NCBI GenBank assembly: GCA_964016885.1
Contig: OZ024748.1
Location: 29,698,001 to 29,762,000 of the forward strand
Length of the DNA: 64,000 nucleotides
Direction: 5' to 3'
DNA from: Eledone cirrhosa
Taxonomy: Eukaryota
The notes beneath the pieces are model-generated. The model had not been told where the DNA came from and did not search any database. It was given only the letters and a program-made list of their open reading frames with translations. Below are positions 53,627-64,000 of this stretch, piece after piece. Position 1 is the first letter of the stretch, and every line of letters starts with the position of its first letter. Both the position numbers and the translations under genes were made by a program.

Positions 53627-54900
53627 CTAGCGGCCACCTGACATTCAACCCAGTCTGTGCTAAAATATAATCATACGGCATCTATCGTAATGCCAATTTT
53701 CCTTGAAATAAAAGATGTTAAAAGGTATTTAAATATTGAATAATATAACCTTAAAAATATATTTAGAATAAAAGTAATAAAGAAAATAATACAAAAATGT
53801 ATTTTACGAAAATTATAAAACATATACAATGTTTTTTTAACTTTTTCTTTGGAGTATATATGAAGAGTTTGTGGGGTCTTTCTTCCTAGTCTGGAATAAA
53901 TTACATACAATTGACCATGTGAGAAACAGCCCTCTTCTAGATGGAGACCAACAACCTGCAGGGTTTGATCTCAATACTACCTGACTCTCACTGGGAATTG
54001 CAATCATTTGAAATGAAAAGGGACATCTGTTGGTATTAGTGGCATTCTAGGTATAAATGCAATGTCTCCCTTATCATATCCAGTGAAGATTTAGGCTTCC
54101 ATAATGTGAGGCTGTTGCACAGTCACAATCATAAGCATCCCATTGCACAATCATGGCTGATCCAGGTTTCTGAGAAGCATGATGACTGTGACTTTCTTCA
54201 ATTCGAGGTTGTGTGGCAGCACACCGGCTGGTTCCAGATTGTTGAGATACTGGGATGTTTTTGAGTGCAAGGATTTCTCTTTCATACAACCACTCCTCAT
54301 TGGAACGGTGGATTTAGAAATTGAGGAACACTTGATAATTTAGTTTACAACACTTTCCACAATAGTAGAAAATGATGAAGGATCAAAACATCCTTCAGTA
54401 TCAAGGGATTGCTTTTCTATAAATTTAAATGGCTGAGAGGTGTTTATCTGTAATTCTGAGTGTCTTCCTTCCTTCCCACCTCTGTTATTGGAAAAAGGAG
54501 TTGTGGGCAAGAGAGTCGAATACTAGATCGATGGAAAACAAACGAAAAAATATAGAAAAGAAAAAAATTCCCACAAAAGAAATCTCCAGGGATGGGAAAA
54601 TTGGAGGGTCAATCCCTGCCCCACCATCTCTACTGCTGATATTATCAGGTGTGTTGTCAGTTGGACACCTCGTTGGACATATTTCATTTTTGTAGTGCAA
54701 ACATGGCAGTATCAGAACCATTGTTGACGTATTTGCACATATACTTTATAGACGAAGAGGTTCCTGCCTAATTATGCAATGTATACTAACATTACCTAAT
54801 TTCTGCATACGGTGGTTCCATTTGGACCACTGCTGGCAGATGGGAATTGTAGAGACTGATACATTAGTCTGGGTAAATCAAATTTCCTACCCACACAAAG
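53627..54900 (-). mobile_element. Helitron remnant (helicase C-terminus + Rep fragment) with a 3' CTAG
   Basis: The rc ends ...gtggccgCTAG|T. Helicase RMPLIPTDVPFHF..LQFP and Rep-like IKYMCKYVNNGSDTAMF are present. Confidence 0.8.
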
Positions 54901-55105
54901 TTGTCTTCCTCATTGATTAACATTTAAGTTTTTGAATTATTATTTGAATTAATTAAATTTTTAATTAATTAATTATTTGAACTTAATTAAATTTTTGAGC
55001 GAGTGGAGGAAATGACTGAAGTTGTATCCATTCTATTTGATAAGCTTCATTCCACAATTATATATATATGATGTGAGAAAAACCAGAGACCCTCCATCTC
55101 AATTC

Positions 55106-55145
55106 TACTTTTGAAAAGCAGAAGAACTGCGAAACCGGTAAAGGA
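55106..55145 (+). ncRNA. Minimal type I hammerhead candidate, U3-A8 variant
   Basis: ctt-TTGAAAA-gcag(aagaa)ctgc-GAAA-ccgg-TA-aag. Stem III is the palindrome ACCGGT; stem I is weak. Confidence 0.5.
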
Positions 55146-55329
55146 ACCAAATAACTATATATATTTTTAAAAAAATAAGACTCCAGTTGCATTTTCGATT
55201 TCATCTTTTTTTCTTTATATATATATATATATATATAAATGAATTCCGTCGGAAAGGTCCAGGAAAAAAGAGTGCTCTATGTAAGTTACAGAGCTTATTA
55301 GTTATGTAATAAACAACATAAGATAATTA

Positions 55330-55389
55330 TTTCATTTACCAGTGGTTTCTTGAAAGCAACCAAAATTGCTTTCATTCATCAGAATGAAA
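55330..55389 (-). ncRNA. Type I hammerhead, family B copy 1
   Basis: rc: tttcatt-CTGATGA-atgaaagcaa(ttttgg)ttgctttcaa-GAAA-ccactgg-TA-aatgaaa. Confidence 0.65.
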
Positions 55390-55869
55390 AAAGTCCTGGT
55401 GTCTTTATTGACTGGATTTGAAAAACAAAAATATAACAGGTATGAAAGTGAGGCTGGAGGGGGGGGGAAAGGGGGGGGAATAATAAATAAGAATATATAA
55501 CAACACACACACACTCACATATACATATATACACGCATATATATACACAGAGACACATATATATATCCATACATAAACACACCATATATATACACATATA
55601 TATATATACATGCACACACATACATATATATATATACATATACATACACACACACATACATACACACATATATACACACATGCATACGTACTCACATATA
55701 AAAGGATACATATGCACACACACAAATAAGAATAAATAATCATAGTAGGCCGTCACATACAAATAAGCAAATAAAAATTATTATAAAGTTGACAGCGATA
55801 CAAGACGGCAAAATTTAAAATAAAAATAAAAATAAAAATAAAAATAATAAAAATAATAATAATAATAAT

Positions 55870-56495
55870 GTTTTCTTTATTAACCACAAGGGTTCACATA
55901 AAGTAGACATTAAGGACAGTACAGGACAATACAGGACGGTACAAATGGGCATTTCTGCGTGTAAAAACAAAAACAGAGGATGTAACAAAAATAACAATGA
56001 AAAAATTCCCCAATAGGGGGGAGACTTCGGAGGGACATTTGTGGAGAAAGCCCAGTAAAAGGCCACAATGACCCTGACCACCTAGGCAAGTGCCCTCTCC
56101 CAGTTTTCCACCTTTAATTTACACATATATACTCAGAGTAGGCCCGGCCCATTCACTCGGGCCATTCTTGCTTCTCTCACCTATCTTTCAACAAAATGCT
56201 GGGAAGAGAGCACTTCCCTCTCTACTCTGATTTTCCTTTTCAAATGAAATTTGAAAAAGTCAATCAGGGCATCACTGAAGAGGTAAGTGCTCGTCTTCAA
56301 CCCTTTCAAACGTGTCCACCATACTATCTCTTTCGCCATGGCCACCAGACAGATAAAAACTGCCTGCCCTTCCCGGCTAAAGGAGGAGGGCGGGGCAATC
56401 CTCACGATGGACTCAGATGATAGCCGGATCCGTCCTAAACGCGACAGCAGGTGTTCGACATAAACCCACAAGTCAGCAATTTTCGGACACTGAAC
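55870..56495 (-). mobile_element. L1/Tx1-like LINE 3' fragment
   Basis: ORF 56181-56549 reads CPKIADLW...AKEIVWWTR...FFKFHLKRKIRVE...FVER, resembling the region after the CCHC motif. Confidence 0.55.
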
Positions 56496-56615
56496 AAACG
56501 CACGTGGTAAGCAAATGCGCACAAAAAAACTAAATATATATAGATTCAATCAAGGTAGTACTACCTTGATTGAATCTTAACCATCTACTATGTCAGGGTA
56601 TGTCATGTATCATTT

Positions 56616-56679
56616 TATTTTATCTGATGAGGACGTACTGTTGAACGTTCAGTACCTCTGAAATATGTATAATAAAATA
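56616..56679 (+). ncRNA. Type I hammerhead (family C) inside the IR-flanked element 56495-56819
   Basis: tattttat-CTGATGA-ggacgtactg(ttgaacgtt)cagtacctct-GAAA-tatgta-TA-ataaaata. Stem I is 8 bp and stem II pairs 9 of 10. Confidence 0.7.
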
Positions 56680-56719
56680 TAATTCATCACAAGAATATCT
56701 ATTTTGTTAATATTTTGAA

Positions 56720-56764
<45 letters not shown>

Positions 56765-57096
56765 ATGTATATATATATATATTATTTTTTTGTGTGCATT
56801 TGCTTACCACGTGCGTTTGGTCATTTATTATTATTATTATTATTATTTTAATTTTGCCGTTTCGTATCGCTGTCAACTTTATCATATTTTTTATTTTTTT
56901 ATTTTCTTAATCCTTATTTTTTATTTGCTTATTTGTATGTGACGGCGTATGATTATTTATTCTTATTTGTGTGTGTGTGTGCATATGTATCCTTTTATAT
57001 GTGAGTACGTATGCATGTGTGTATATATGTGTATTTGTGTGTGTGTGTATGTGTATGTGTATGTATATGTATATATATATATATGTATGTGTGTGC

Positions 57097-57152
<56 letters not shown>

Positions 57153-57326
57153 GTGTGTTTATGTATGGATATATATGTGTATATGTGTCTGTGTATATAT
57201 ATGTGTGTATTGTTATATATTCTTATTTATTATCCCCCCCCCCCTTTTTTTCCCCTCCAGCCTCACTTTCATATCTGTTATATTTTTGTTTTTCAAATCC
57301 ACTGTCAATAAAGACACCAGGACTTT

Positions 57327-57386
57327 TTTCATTCTGATGAATGAAAGCAATTTTGGTTGCTTTCAAGAAACTACTGGTAAATGAAA
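57327..57386 (+). ncRNA. Type I hammerhead, family B copy 2
   Basis: tttcatt-CTGATGA-atgaaagcaa(ttttgg)ttgctttcaa-GAAA-ctactgg-TA-aatgaaa. Confidence 0.65.
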
Positions 57387-57424
57387 TAATTATCTTATAT
57401 TGTTTATTACATAACTAATATATA

Positions 57425-58644
57425 GGCATACGTCAAAACGGCCGGTTGCAAAAGTGAAACTAATTTTTGACAGTTACGTACGTCATTACTTTCAATTTGG
57501 ATTGTGAATTTGTTTGTTTTTTTACAACAGGTCTCAATAGTGAAAGTGAATTTTGTTGATGGTGTTAATTATAGTTATACGTTTGTTGCATATAAAATAT
57601 AAATTGACGTACCTTATGAAAATCCTTATTACACCCTATAAATAGCTGAAATACAGTTGATCATCTCGCCAAACTTGTTATCGAATCCTCCAAGCTGTTG
57701 AGGATTCGCCTCCAAATACTGCTCACAAATTTCTCTAAGGAAATTGCACCAGTCTATAATTGTCGGCTTGCTAAGTCGTTTCTCTCATCATCTCAGTTTG
57801 GGCATGATCGTAGCACCACATATAGATAATGCCAATAAGGTGTTCGAGTCGAACACGGCTTCGATAAAATAAAGAATTCCGTCGCACCGATTGACTAAAT
57901 TTGTCGCGGGCGCATCGCCATCTCCATTTATCAATCCCCTCAGAATTTCTTTGCAATGTGCACGCCTCATTGCAGACAGGACAATTCACACTGTTCGCCA
58001 ACAGACGCCGACTCGCCAACCACTGTAACATACACAACGTGTCACCGTGTATCGCCGGACACAGTGTATACATTGTTTCAAAACGATTAAGAATAGCATT
58101 GGTATCCACAATATCTTCAACTAAGGTAACGCGACCATACACTCGTCCAGCCATATTTGATGTGACACTGTATTACAATCCAGCCCTTCGGTGCTTCGTT
58201 TAAAAAAAAAAAAAAAAAATTTCCCAGCCCTTCTGACGCCAATCTGCCTTTCTGACCCCAAGCTGCCCCTCTGACCCAAATCCCTTATCATTCTCTGTCC
58301 TTCTTATGACTCTACCTTAATTTCTTTGGAGACAGAGAGTTGGTGCCAACAAGTTTGGCGAGATAATCAACTGTATTTCAGCTATTTATAGGGTGTAATA
58401 AGGATTTTCAATATTTATTTATTTCAAGACACAATGTCATTATTTAAAAAAAAATTTTCCGTACACACAATACACAAAAAAAGACTAAAAAAAAATTATC
58501 ACGTACACGCAATACTAATTAACACCATCAACAAAATTCACTTAAAAAAAACAAACAAATTCATAATCCAAATTGAAAGTAATGACGTACGTAACTGTCG
58601 TTAAAAATTAGTTTCACTTTTGCGACCGGCCGTTTTGACGTATG

Positions 58645-58646
<2 letters not shown>
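57425..58646 (-). mobile_element. Merlin/IS1595-like DNA transposon, internally deleted, with long TIRs
   Basis: Ends GGCATACGTCAAAACGGCCGG...CCGGCCGTTTTGACGTATGCC, and TIR homology extends ~250 bp. ORF 57771-58154 has the CPVC...WRWRC...SVRRNSLF N-terminal Zn region, followed by TIIDWCNFLREIC. Confidence 0.8.
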
Positions 58647-58706
<60 letters not shown>

Positions 58707-58756
58707 GAAAGGTATAGAAATTGTTGTAGCGAGAAGCTAACAGTATTCCATAACAC

Positions 58757-58946
<190 letters not shown>

Positions 58947-59489
58947 AGCCATAGAAAATACAGGTATAGACATAGAGAGAAAGTGTGACAGAGGGCGAAG
59001 TGGTAATTAAAGAAACATTCAAACATGCTTGTGTCCAGTGTTGTTTCAATGGTGCAGTGATAGAGAGAAGGTGGTTGTGTTAAACACTACTATGGAGGTA
59101 GTGGTGAAGTGATGGCTATAGATGTGGATTGCAAAACAAAATAGCAAATATCAATAGTTTTACAAAGTGGTCTTCGATATAACCACCATTATCACCACTA
59201 CCTTCATGACCCTTATTACCACAACCACCACCACCACCACCATTACTATCACAACAACCATCATTACTTTCACTACCATCACTACTACTTCACTACCAAC
59301 ATTACTTCCGCAAGGTGGTGAATGGGGGTAGGTAGCAGAACGAGAACTGGAGTGTTGAAATGTTTACGAGATTCAAAGGTTATATGCGTCAATCATAGAG
59401 AAATAATGAAAAGATTAATATCATATTTTTTAAGAATAAAGTTAGTTTGTTCCCGTTTTTTTTGTTTAATAATAAAAGATTTATTATAA

Positions 59490-59672
59490 TTGTTTCTACT
59501 TTTGGCACAAGGCCAGCAATTACTCAGTGTGTTACTGGTACTTTATTTTATCGACCCCGTAAGGATGAAAGGAAAAGTTAACCTCGGCAGGATTTGAACT
59601 CAGAATGGCAAGTAACTCTATGCTGCAAAGCATGGCGTCCGAACCTCTAACGATACTGCCAATCCACCGCCC
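59490..59672 (-). mobile_element. tRNA-derived SINE family 1, full length
   Basis: Reverse-complement homolog of 10070-10260. Confidence 0.75.
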
Positions 59673-60725
59673 CTATATTTATTATAATACTCATATGTTA
59701 TGAGCTAACACTACTAAGTTTGTGAAAAGGACTTTACAAACAGGGTAGCGTTGTTCTTTTACTAAGATGGTTGGGGTGTCGTCTTAAAGGACATTAAATG
59801 CAAGAATTGCAGGAGCTGATGCAGTAATGTGCCAGCTTCAACACTTGTTAATCAGAAGAAGCGAGGTAAGTGTGAAGGTGAAACTTGCTATCTCCAATTT
59901 GGTATTCATGCCAACCCATACTTATGGTCATGAATCTTGAATAATGATGGAAAGAATACAATGGGGTTTCTCTGAAATAATGAATAGAGTGTGTAGCTTG
60001 AAGAGCAAAGAGTTGCGCCAAGTAAAACTGCTACTTCTCCAAATTGAGAGAACACAGCGCCAATACTATGGGCATGTGGTTAGAATGTCCCAGGAAAGAA
60101 TTGCTGAACTGATTTTAAAGGTAAAACCAACCTGCAGGAGACCCAGGGAGATCTTGCAAGACCTTGCAAGATCAATTGGAAACAATAACTTTGTTATCTT
60201 AATACATGGTATGGTATGGACCTGAAAGTGGTAGGGGCACCATATTGACATACACCATTTCTAGGGCATTTTTTAATCTGCTGGACACCATCTCCTCTCC
60301 AGGTCTGAATACAGCAGATTTCTTTCAGAGAATGATAGAAAGAGTGAGAGAATGGAAGTGAGAAAAAAGAAAAATTGACACCAATAGCAGATTGGTACTG
60401 TTTAATAAATATATATATATATATATAGTATGGTCCTGTAACTCTCGATTGGATCGTAGGTGTATCATATTGACATACGCTGTTACTTAGGGTATTTTAA
60501 AATTTAGTGGAGTCCATCTTTACTCCAGGCCTGAGTACAGCAGATTTTTTTCAAGAGAAATATAGTGTGAGAAAGAGATATAGAGGAAGAATCAAACACA
60601 ATATTAGACTGGTACTTTTATTATTGGAACCATTAGAATATCAGATAGAATGCTTTGCGGTATTCATTGCAGCTCTCTGCTCTCATATATATATATATAT
60701 ATATATATAATAATCATCTTATGTT

Positions 60726-60763
<38 letters not shown>

Positions 60764-60778
60764 AACATAAGATGATTA

Positions 60779-60838
60779 TTTCATTTACCAGTGGTTTCTT
60801 GAAAGCAAATAAATCTGCTTTCAGTTGTCAAAATGAAA
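60779..60838 (-). ncRNA. Type I hammerhead, family B copy 3 (U3-A8 core)
   Basis: rc: tttcatt-TTGACAA-ctgaaagca(gatttatt)tgctttcaa-GAAA-ccactgg-TA-aatgaaa. Confidence 0.55.
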
Positions 60839-61899
60839 AAATCCTTCTGACGACTGAAAGCAGATTTATTTGAAATAATCATCTTATGTTGTTTATTACA
60901 TAAATAATAAGCTCTGTAACCTACATAGAGCACTCTTTTTTCCTGGACCTTTCCGACGGAATTACTTCATTCACACACACATATATATATATATACACAA
61001 ACACATACATGCACATATGTGGGTAAATGATAGACAGATAGTGAGGGAATGTTTGTGTAAAATTGCACATGGTGCATGGTTATGTAAATGTATGTGTGTG
61101 TGAAGCTTTTTAGAGATTTGCCAGTTATGTTTGTATGTGCTTGTTTGTGTGAGAGGAGAATGGGAGAGGTAATGAGAAAAGAGAATTGGAAAAAGAGTGT
61201 GTGCCTCTAGAGAGAAAGAGAGAGCTTGACAGGTCATTTGGTCTCTTGGCATGTGACCCTGGGCAGTGTCAACAGTTGTCACCTGATATATGACAATTGT
61301 CATGTGACTCAAAACACACACACACACATATACACAATTCACAAACAGATACACATAGGGTCATCTGACGATGACCCTATGATAACCAGGCGAAACTCCA
61401 GAATAACAAACTCCTTTTTATCCTTAATATAAATGAATATACATATATTGAAGTATTAACTCTATTCCTGTAGCAACTATGAGATACCACATCTATGACG
61501 GAAGATACACATAATATTGAGTGTTTTTACTTATCGCATCACAGACTGGATTATAAGCCTAACTACTTATTAGTTAAACCATACAAAGTAACCGACACAA
61601 ACGCACACACATATATATATTTCAGCGGTGAAGGGTAACTTGGAAAGCAGAGCATGCAGTTCAATCGCAAATACAGAAAGTAGGGCTGTGGGTCCCCCTC
61701 CCCCATCGCAAAATTATTCATCAACCTCTCCTCCATTTGTAAATGTGATCTGAGTGAATTTTAATGTGAGAAAATGCACATCTACCAACAGACCACACTT
61801 CAAGCTTGATACTACTCGCCACTAGACATGATGTCTCCTCATTAGTAACAGCCTAGCGACGAGGCTGTCATGATATTGATTACGTGAGAAATATTAGTA

Positions 61900-62480
61900 A
61901 ATAATAAAACCTTCATATAATATTTAAAATTCATCTGTAAATCAGTTCAATTCTTCGTTTCTTTTTGGCAAATTCATCGATCATTTTACTATAAAATGTA
62001 TTGGCACCACACTCTACCTTCATCTTCTTCGAAAGGTCTTTAACCATGGAAATGAAGACCAAATTGCTCAATCTCTCTTCACTTTGAGAACACCTCATAT
62101 AATTATTAATTCACTTTAATGAAGAAAACAATCTCTCACATGAAGCAGATGTGGCAGGTATGATCGGAATGAGACATAGTAATTTTGCTACTTCTGCCAG
62201 AGTTTGATTTAATTCAAGTTCCTGTATTATGTCTGCGACTTTCTGGATGCTTGACACTCGCATTTCAATCCATCCAAATCCAATATGTTTAAATAGACAT
62301 CTAAGGATGAAAAAGCTTCCATCGAAAATTTTCTTTCGTAAGCATGAAAAAGCTTCGGATTCAACAATTCCACAAAATCTGAATTCTTCCATGGATTTAA
62401 ATCTTTACTCAACATGAACAATAACTTCATCCAAAATGTTGTTAAACAAAGTTCTTAAACAACTTCTGGTTTTTGATATG
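61900..62480 (-). mobile_element. hAT transposase C-terminal (dimerization domain) remnant
   Basis: ORF 62111-62392 ends EVAKLLCLIPIIPATSASCERLFSSLK. Confidence 0.75.
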
Positions 62481-62554
62481 GACCACACATATATATATGG
62501 ATGTATATATAATGTATTTTGCAATACACTTTATGCTTAAGAATATAACATCAA

Positions 62555-62649
62555 TGATCTCAGCAAACAGGTGGGGTAGTTGGCCTTGATAAGCTTCAAC
62601 CAAAGCGAAACAAGTCTTGTCGGCTTATCTCCCCTGTTTGCTGAGATCA
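62555..62649 (+). ncRNA. Full type I hammerhead ribozyme (family A copy 1), GUC cleavage after 62621
   Basis: ggcc-TTGATAA-gctt(caacca)aagc-GAAA-caagtcttg-TC-ggct, plus a perfect 17-bp distal stem I. Confidence 0.85.
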
Positions 62650-62870
62650 AAGTGAGTGAATTTGTCACTACTTTAAAACAATAGCTTACGGTCTTCAAAA
62701 TGCTTTTAATTAAGCATAAAGTGTATTGCAAAATACATTATATATACATCCATATATATATTGCTATTTCAGAGCTCCAATTCTAATTTTTAATTTCTGC
62801 CTGACCAACAATCGCTCTGTATAATCAGCTCCTGATTATTTACTAGAATTCTATAAGAATATAACATCAG

Positions 62871-62967
62871 TAATCTCAGTAGACAGGAGGGGTAGTTAGC
62901 CTTGATAAGCTTCAACAAAAGCGAAACAAGGCTCTTGTCGGCTTATCTCCCCTGTTTGCTGAGATTA
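62871..62967 (+). ncRNA. Full type I hammerhead ribozyme (family A copy 2), GUC cleavage after 62939
   Basis: agcc-TTGATAA-gctt(caacaa)aagc-GAAA-caag(gct)cttg-TC-ggct, plus a 17-bp distal stem with two G-U pairs. Confidence 0.85.
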
Positions 62968-63132
62968 AAGTAAGTGAATTTGTCACTACTCTAAAACAAT
63001 AGCATACGGTCTTCAAAATGCTTTTAATTAAGCATAAAGTGTATTGCAAAATACATTATATATACATCCATATATATATATATATAAATACATATATATA
63101 TAAATAAAAATAAATATATATATATAAATATA

Positions 63133-63180
<48 letters not shown>

Positions 63181-63276
63181 AATGAAGTAATTCTGTCGGA
63201 AAGGTCCAGGAAAAAAGAGTGCTCTATGTAAGTTACAGAGCTTAATAGTTATGTAATAAACAACATACGGTAATTA

Positions 63277-63337
63277 TTTCATTTACCAATGGTTTCTTGA
63301 AAGCAAACAAAAGTTGCTTTCAATCATCAGAATGAAA
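63277..63337 (-). ncRNA. Type I hammerhead, family B copy 4
   Basis: rc: tttcatt-CTGATGA-ttgaaagcaa(cttttgt)ttgctttcaa-GAAA-ccattgg-TA-aatgaaa. Stem II is fully paired over 10 bp. Confidence 0.7.
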
Positions 63338-63436
63338 AAAATCCTGGTGTATTTATTGACGTTGGATTTTAAAAACAAAAATATAATCCATATAGATTAT
63401 AGTTTTGTTGGTTATTACATAACTATATATATATAT

Positions 63437-63571
63437 AAAATTAGAAATAGAAGCCATCATCGCATTTTTTCACTAAATAAATTTCAGCCTAACAGTGGGG
63501 TTCTGAAACCCACTGTTAAGCTAAAATTTATTTAGTCAAAAAATGCAGTGATGGCTTCTATTTCTAATTTT
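63437..63571. repeat. Near-perfect ~135-bp hairpin (~61-bp arms)
   Basis: aaaattagaaatagaagccatca...aacagtggg / cccactgtta...tgatggcttctatttctaatttt. Confidence 0.85.
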
Positions 63572-64000
63572 CAAACTCACTCGCTGTTTCAAAAACATAC
63601 TTACTTGTCATATATATATATATATATATGTATGTATATCACAAATAAAATGAGGATAGTGGAATTTATCAATAATTAATTTTATATTTAACAAAAATTG
63701 TGAAGGCGTGTGGCTGAGTGGTTAAAGAATTGGATTTGCATCGTGAGGTTGTGAGTTCAATTCCAGAACCGGGCGATGCGTTATGTCCTTGAGCAAGACA
63801 CTTTATTTCATGTAGCTCCTTCCACCCCGAGTTGCGACCAATAGATAGTATTAGCAATTGGAAAGACCAATGGAAACACTGTTTCCTCGGTCCGATTTGA
63901 CGAAAGTCGATCGTTCTTTTTTTTTAAACAAAAATTATTTATCGTGGAAAGAAACCAACGCATGCAGTGCATACATGGACCAGCGGAGTGGCCCCTGGTA

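Larger units (their letters stand above)
55296..57420. repeat. Large inverted repeat (arms ~55296-55870 and ~56822-57420) of a Penelope pLTR-like element
   Basis: The arms are reverse complements over ~600 bp; compare ORFs 55379-55762(-) and 56949-57384(+). Confidence 0.9.
62491..63080 (+). mobile_element. Retrozyme/Penelope-pLTR-like tandem repeat (~316-bp period, ~1.7 units) preceded by a 50-bp inverted copy of its end
   Basis: taagaatataacatca recurs at 62538 and 62854. 62491-62540 is the exact reverse complement of 62710-62759. Confidence 0.8.

Noticed and set aside
60240-60620. Diverged local duplication (60240-60400 versus 60465-60620)
   Set aside because: No coding, structural or ribozyme signal was found. 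Probably an ordinary decayed repeat.
61354-61405. CTGACGA...CGAAAC hammerhead-like motif with a 12-bp fold-back
   Set aside because: Stem II is incomplete and there is no UH site or stem I. At best it is a dead remnant.
63703-63775. tRNA-like sequence
   Set aside because: It has A/B boxes but no full cloverleaf, and it runs into a multi-copy SINE core.

Overview
This is AT-rich, microsatellite- and transposon-dense eukaryotic DNA; the repeat landscape suggests a coleoid cephalopod such as an octopus (inference). Two spliced genes lie tail-to-tail. On + are the last four coding exons of an LMBR1/lilipod-family gene (3255-5794), including a U12-type intron. On - are seven phase-compatible coding exons of a BMP type II receptor (BMPR2/wishful-thinking type, 33131->21795); its 5' exons were not found in the window. 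The rest is mostly mobile DNA: RTE, R4/Dong-like, L1-like and Penelope-like retroelements, mariner, Merlin-like and hAT remnants, Helitrons, MITEs and tRNA-derived SINEs. The most striking unannotated signal is a cluster of type I hammerhead ribozyme motifs from about five unrelated sequence families. The best case is a ~316-bp tandem repeat (62.5-63.1 kb) carrying two complete U3-A8 variant hammerheads with a compensatory stem change, predicted to release a 318-nt monomer or circRNA (retrozyme-like). Several small elements share a layout of an inverted terminal segment around a central hammerhead. All calls were made by eye without database searches, and mobile element boundaries are approximate.
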